The notes under the pieces are model-generated. The model ran no database searches, was not told the DNA's origin, and saw only the letters and a program-made list of their open reading frames with translations. Both the position numbers and the translations under genes were made by a program. This document shows positions 16,098 to 20,000 of a DNA stretch of 20,000 nucleotides, piece after piece. The DNA is from an uncultured virus (IMG/VR IMGVR_UViG_3300014911_000629). Taxonomy: Duplodnaviria; Heunggongvirae; Uroviricota; Caudoviricetes. How positions within the stretch are numbered: position 1 is the stretch's first letter; the number at the start of each line of letters is the position of its first letter. Location: the IMG/VR virus record IMGVR_UViG_3300014911_000629. One strand, written 5' to 3'.

Positions 16098-16805
16098 ATG
16101 AAGCAAAAAACACTGGTTGAAAAAGATTTTAGCAGTGCTAAACGAATTGAGTTAGATGTGATTGAGAGCAAGAACGAGTTGAAGGCGTATCGCAGGATTT
16201 TGGATTATTTTCATGGATATAAAAACTGGACACATATTCCAGCGAGAAGGATAAGATGGATTGTGTATGCTGATGGGGAAGCAGTGGGAGTGATAGGCAT
16301 AGCAAGTTCTCCAATGAATGTGGGTTGCAGGGATAAATGGATTGGATGGAACAAAGAGCAGAAAAAGGCGAATTTGCAGAAGATAGCCAACAATTACAGA
16401 TTTTGCATGATGGTTAGAGGATTGGGTAGCAGGGTGCTATCGGCATTGTATAAGGAGGCGAGGCGTAGATGGGAAGAAAAATATGGAGATAAGTTGGTGT
16501 TGCTTGACACCTTTGTAGAGCCACCTTATGATGGCACTGTTTATAAGGCAAGTGGATGGATATATGTGGGAAAGACGAAAGGATATAAAATAAAAAGACC
16601 GCCCAGCAAGGCATTACTGGCAAGCGTAATGAATGGAAAGGAAGGCAAGGCACATGCAGAAAGGGCTAAATTGTTGCTTGAAAATCCAGAGGAGGCAGTA
16701 AAGAAATATCCATATTTGAAGCATGAAGTTGAGGAAGGAGGAGTGCAAAAACTGGTATTTGTAAAGCCACTGGTGAGATGGTGGAGAAAAGAGTTGTTAA
16801 AGTGA
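16098..16805 (+). CDS. DUF4338 (DruA-like, Mom-related GNAT-fold) protein; candidate DNA-modifying enzyme
   Basis: RRIRWIV...VGVIGIASS...RDKWIGW...LQKIANNYRF...GSRVLS...WEEKYG...LLDTFVEP..DGTVYKASGWIYVGKTKG. Confidence 0.8.
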   Translation: MKQKTLVEKDFSSAKRIELDVIESKNELKAYRRILDYFHGYKNWTHIPARRIRWIVYADGEAVGVIGIASSPMNVGCRDKWIGWNKEQKKANLQKIANNYRFCMMVRGLGSRVLSALYKEARRRWEEKYGDKLVLLDTFVEPPYDGTVYKASGWIYVGKTKGYKIKRPPSKALLASVMNGKEGKAHAERAKLLLENPEEAVKKYPYLKHEVEEGGVQKLVFVKPLVRWWRKELLK

Positions 16806-16877
16806 GGGATAAAACTTATAAATGTAAATTGTATATAGAATTGAGTATTAAATGTTAGTGATGGAGGATGTGATAAT

Positions 16878-17300
16878 ATGAGTGGAAGTGTGAAACCAAT
16901 ACTGGCTATAATATTTATGATTAGTTTGACGGTTCTATCGGCAATAACGATATATGAATATCTGAAAGATATGGAAATGAAGGAGAGAACTGCAACAGTT
17001 GATATAGAGGGCTTTGAGAACAATAGCGTAGCAAGATTTAGAGTTGTGCTTGAGGATAGGGATAGAGCATATGGATTTTCATTGGCGGTATATTGCAATA
17101 TTATACAGAGCATAAAGAATTTGGAAGGGAATTATGCAAACTTTCATTTTGATATTAAGCACGATTACTGGGGTAATGTGGAATATGTAAAACATGCGGA
17201 GATACAATTTCCAACGGGAGAGTTGGCAGAAGATTTTATGGGACTTCTGGAAGCATTTTTGATGGCTGACGAAATAGAGTATGAATTGGAATGGAGGTAG
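16878..17300 (+). CDS. Membrane-anchored protein with pilin-like N-terminal helix
   Basis: MSGSVKPILAIIFMISLTVLSAITIYEYL; GGAGG..GTGA RBS. Confidence 0.55.
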   Translation: MSGSVKPILAIIFMISLTVLSAITIYEYLKDMEMKERTATVDIEGFENNSVARFRVVLEDRDRAYGFSLAVYCNIIQSIKNLEGNYANFHFDIKHDYWGNVEYVKHAEIQFPTGELAEDFMGLLEAFLMADEIEYELEWR

Positions 17301-17304
17301 CAGA

Positions 17305-17667
17305 ATGCCAGAGCAGGATGTTATAGATGATGAGAATGTATTGGCATGGTGGTATGATAGCAGAACGGAATTTGTGGTTAATTTTGATGTTGAAAAGGTA
17401 GATGTTGATTTGAGCAGAATTGATGAGGGCGAAGTGGTGTTTTTCATAAAGGGGACAAGGAAGTCAGTTGATGTGGATAGATTTAAGAATGAGTTAAAGG
17501 ACATTCTGAAGGGCAGAAAAGTTGTCTATGTGGATGAATTGAAGGATATAATAGAAGAACTTGGAAGGCGTAAGGTGAGGGGTTCAATGTTGTTATTGCT
17601 GGATTGTTTAAAAAATAAAATGGGTATTGAAATAAAAGGGAGAGAAGGTGATTGTAATGAAGGTTGA
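17305..17667 (+). CDS. Hypothetical protein
   Basis: ATG after GGAGGT RBS; 120 aa. Confidence 0.7.
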   Translation: MPEQDVIDDENVLAWWYDSRTEFVVNFDVEKVDVDLSRIDEGEVVFFIKGTRKSVDVDRFKNELKDILKGRKVVYVDELKDIIEELGRRKVRGSMLLLLDCLKNKMGIEIKGREGDCNEG

Positions 17668-18538
17668 GGAATTTTGGGATAGTAGGGATGAGGAGGAGAG
17701 GCAGGCAGTGCTGGATGCAATAAAGGAGAAGTATGGAAAGGAGATATTGAGGAGTGCAGTGAAGGTGGATTTTGAGTTTTTGAAGGATGAGGAGAAGGAG
17801 ATAATAAGGAAATACTTTGAGGAAGTGATAAAGCCACAGATGGAGGAGAAAAAACAGCAGTTAAGGTATGATGGATTGATTGAGGAGGAGTTGCCAGCGA
17901 GTTTTAAATGTCCAAGATGTGGAGGGAATGTAAAGCAGGTGTTTTCAAAGAGGGGGATACATTATAAATGTCAAAATCCTTCATGTGGATGGGATAGCAA
18001 CAGACCATTTGATTTTGATAGGGAGGCAAGGAGAAGGCACATAAGGGCATGTGCAGGAATTTTGAAGAAGATGTTTCCAGAGTTCAATTTTGTGGAGAAT
18101 TTTCCATATTCGCCAGACATGATTTTTACTGGCAGGATTGATGAAGGGAAGACAAACTATGATATAAGTGTGTATTGGATGGGGAATAAGATACAGAGAT
18201 TGAGGGTAGAGATTAATCAGAATTTGACAAAGGAGCAGTTTTTCAAGAGTAACTATTGCTATGTGATTGGGATACCTTCAGTAGTGGAATATCTGGCAAA
18301 AAGGAAGGGGTTGGTAGTGCATTATCTGGTTGATGAGCCAAAGCATAAAATACTGGTGAGCAGGATGGATATGATAGTGAAGCATTGCCCAATGCAGAAG
18401 GATAGGTTTGGGAATTTGCAGTATTTTATACCGAAGGATATAAGACCTTTGCTGGTTACGGATGATTATGGAGAGATAAAGAGATTGCTGACGATGGATT
18501 TGTTTGAGTTGTTGTATGGAGAGTTGATGATACTATGA
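17657..18538 (+). CDS. Zinc-ribbon-containing protein with a possible degenerate restriction-endonuclease-like C-terminal domain
   Basis: CPRCGG...YKCQNPSC ribbon; NYDISVY...RLRVEIN loosely resembles PD-(D/E)xK spacing. Confidence 0.65.
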   Translation: MKVEEFWDSRDEEERQAVLDAIKEKYGKEILRSAVKVDFEFLKDEEKEIIRKYFEEVIKPQMEEKKQQLRYDGLIEEELPASFKCPRCGGNVKQVFSKRGIHYKCQNPSCGWDSNRPFDFDREARRRHIRACAGILKKMFPEFNFVENFPYSPDMIFTGRIDEGKTNYDISVYWMGNKIQRLRVEINQNLTKEQFFKSNYCYVIGIPSVVEYLAKRKGLVVHYLVDEPKHKILVSRMDMIVKHCPMQKDRFGNLQYFIPKDIRPLLVTDDYGEIKRLLTMDLFELLYGELMIL

Positions 18539-18756
18539 AGGTAGAAGGAATGTTTAACATAAAAAAGAATGGAAAAATATTGCGGATGTGGTTTAAAGGA
18601 GATGATGATAGAAGCACGGAAAAGGAAACCAAAATAGATGGAAGAATAATTGAAGCAGATAAATTTTTGAAAGAATTTGAAGGATGCGAAATTCAAATTT
18701 TGTTGTGGAAGAAGGAGAAAGATGAAACTGCTGACGCCACCAATAAAGGATTGTAG
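18535..18756 (+). CDS. Small hypothetical protein
   Basis: 73 aa, ATGA overlap with the upstream stop. Confidence 0.6.
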   Translation: MKVEGMFNIKKNGKILRMWFKGDDDRSTEKETKIDGRIIEADKFLKEFEGCEIQILLWKKEKDETADATNKGL

Positions 18757-19129
18757 GTATATACATAAAAAGTTGCGTAAGTTCTTTGATGATAACCATG
18801 ATTTGGAACTCGGTGAGCCATTAGATTTAACAGAATTTAATCGTGCATTGAAGCGGTTGTGTGATTTTTTTAAACTACCGAAACCCAAAATCGAGTGGTA
18901 TAATGGGTATATTAGGGTTTATAAAGATAGAAACAGAGTTGTATTGGGTGAATGCGGAGAGAATGGAATTTTGCGATTGATAAACCCTGCATTTTTCAGA
19001 TTAGGAAGGGAAAAATGGATAGAGGTATTTTATCATGAATTTGGGCATTATGTTTTGTGGGCTGATGCTGAAAGAAAAGCAAAGTTGTTTGCCGAAAGGA
19101 TGATGGAAAAATGGAAGAAAAGAAGGTAG
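18722..19129 (+). CDS. Zincin-like metallopeptidase domain protein (HExxH)
   Basis: PKIEW...VLGEC...LRLIN...EVFYHEFGHY...AERKAKLFA. Confidence 0.75.
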   Translation: MKLLTPPIKDCRYIHKKLRKFFDDNHDLELGEPLDLTEFNRALKRLCDFFKLPKPKIEWYNGYIRVYKDRNRVVLGECGENGILRLINPAFFRLGREKWIEVFYHEFGHYVLWADAERKAKLFAERMMEKWKKRR

Positions 19130-19515
19130 TTGAGAAAAAGGAAATAACTTGCCCGATATGCGGAAATACGCTCACAATACAGGGAGAGTTGATATTCAAA
19201 ACCTTTGAGGAAGCATTCAATTTTGTTAAAAAGCCAACAAATTATGAAAAGAAGAAAGGAATAAAGATAAAGAAGGTTAGGATAATTGTTGATTTGCCTG
19301 ATATAAAATTAGTTGAAAGAGAGACAGATGATGGCAGGTATGGGCTTTTTATATTTTTTAAAAATTCTACGGTTTTTGATGTGTGGAAATTCTGGATGCC
19401 GTCGGAGACACAGTGGAACTTTTTGAGGGATGAACTGCCAACATACCTTGATGAAATTTCTATAAAGAGTGGAGATAAGAAAAGACCAAGTTATGAACTT
19501 GGAGATTGGATGTGA
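19111..19515 (+). CDS. Hypothetical protein with an N-terminal CxxC
   Basis: 134 aa ORF containing ITCPICG. Confidence 0.7.
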   Translation: MEEKKVVEKKEITCPICGNTLTIQGELIFKTFEEAFNFVKKPTNYEKKKGIKIKKVRIIVDLPDIKLVERETDDGRYGLFIFFKNSTVFDVWKFWMPSETQWNFLRDELPTYLDEISIKSGDKKRPSYELGDWM

Positions 19516-19519
19516 TAAA

Positions 19520-19591
19520 ATGGATGTTTATATTGTTATAGCAGTGCTATGCGTTCTGGATGGCGTACTTGGATTAGTTGTTGGAGAATAA
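19520..19591 (+). CDS. Possible 23 aa hydrophobic peptide or gene remnant
   Basis: GGATGTGA RBS-like sequence then MDVYIVIAVLCVLDGVLGLVVGE*; very short. Confidence 0.25.
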   Translation: MDVYIVIAVLCVLDGVLGLVVGE

Positions 19592-19653
19592 GTTGATTTT
19601 GCAAGAGATATGGATATGATGTGGATTTGAAAGTTTTGTTATATACACACCAT

Positions 19654-19851
19654 ATTTCATATGGAAATTATGCTGTATGTTAGTATGCTAACAGCCATTT
19701 CATGTGGAAAATTATCGAGTATATTTAGTATATAAACTACATATATTTTGTTAGAAGAAAACGAATACTATGTATATAAATATATGAAATGATTTGCACA
19801 TGAAATCCACTTGAAGAAATCGAGGTATATATATGTTCATTTCCTATGGAA
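19654..19851. repeat. Four 13-bp mini-ORB-like boxes, consensus TTCCAYAKGAAAT
   Basis: Minus strand: TTCCATATGAAAT (19654-19666), TTCCACATGAAAT (19697-19709), TTCCATAGGAAAT (19839-19851). Plus strand: TTGCACATGAAAT (19794-19806). Confidence 0.75.
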
Positions 19852-20000
19852 CTTTGAGAATTATATATTATATTATAAAGCGAAAAATTTTTATATATAT
19901 TATTGTATATTATGTAAATGATATTATAATATAAAACATTATTAAAAATAACAAAAAAATATTCCACTTTTATAATAAAAACAAAATTTTAACACATTGC
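19654..20000. promoter_or_regulatory. Non-coding AT-rich control region; candidate replication origin
   Basis: Only long intergenic stretch in the window; ORB-like boxes followed by an almost pure A/T tract from about 19860. Confidence 0.55.

Larger units (their letters stand above)
1..20000 (+). mobile_element. Segment of a probable archaeal virus/provirus genome (early, replication/recombination region)
   Basis: About 40 co-oriented, tightly overlapping, mostly small ORFs; many zinc fingers; solo Cas4, SSAP, Hjc-like, PCNA-like, ASCH and VWA genes; archaeal RBS motifs; no housekeeping genes. Element boundaries and structural genes are not seen. Confidence 0.8.

Noticed and set aside
16098..16805. 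Druantia defence system
   Set aside because: No large DruE helicase or other Dru genes nearby; only a short DUF4338-type protein.
804..19220. Numerous minus-strand ORFs in the ORF track
   Set aside because: They are F/S/I/L-rich shadows of K/E-rich plus-strand genes, fully overlap them and lack recognisable domains.
19737..19967. Minus-strand 76-aa ORF
   Set aside because: Low-complexity Y/N/I translation of the AT-rich tract; better explained as non-coding.

Overview
A gene-dense, AT-rich window with every credible gene on the + strand. It holds about 40 mostly overlapping CDSs with archaeal-type ribosome-binding sites (GGAGG, GGTG, GGGGGTG), no housekeeping operons and no RNA genes. It reads as the early/replication-recombination region of an archaeal virus or provirus; the host is not determinable from the sequence, and no capsid, terminase or integrase gene is present here. 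Families recognised by eye from motifs: ViaA-like VWA protein, UPF0489/arginase-fold protein, DHH/DHHA1 phosphoesterase, RecT/Rad52-like single-strand annealing protein, solo Cas4-like nuclease, radical SAM enzyme, divergent PCNA, classical C2H2 zinc finger, TFS-like zinc ribbon, ASCH protein, Hjc-like nuclease, DUF6009-like protein, DUF4338 (DruA/Mom-like) protein, HExxH peptidase-like protein and two proteins with archaeal type IV pilin-like N-termini. The most notable non-coding signals are: (i) four 13-bp mini-ORB-like boxes followed by an AT-rich tract at the right end (candidate Orc1/Cdc6-type origin); (ii) exact 15-20 bp direct repeats containing RBS plus start codon that bracket single genes; (iii) a GC-rich, alternatively pairing segment directly upstream of the DUF4338 gene; (iv) recurrent 9-bp-period AT-rich repeats. 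No database search was run.
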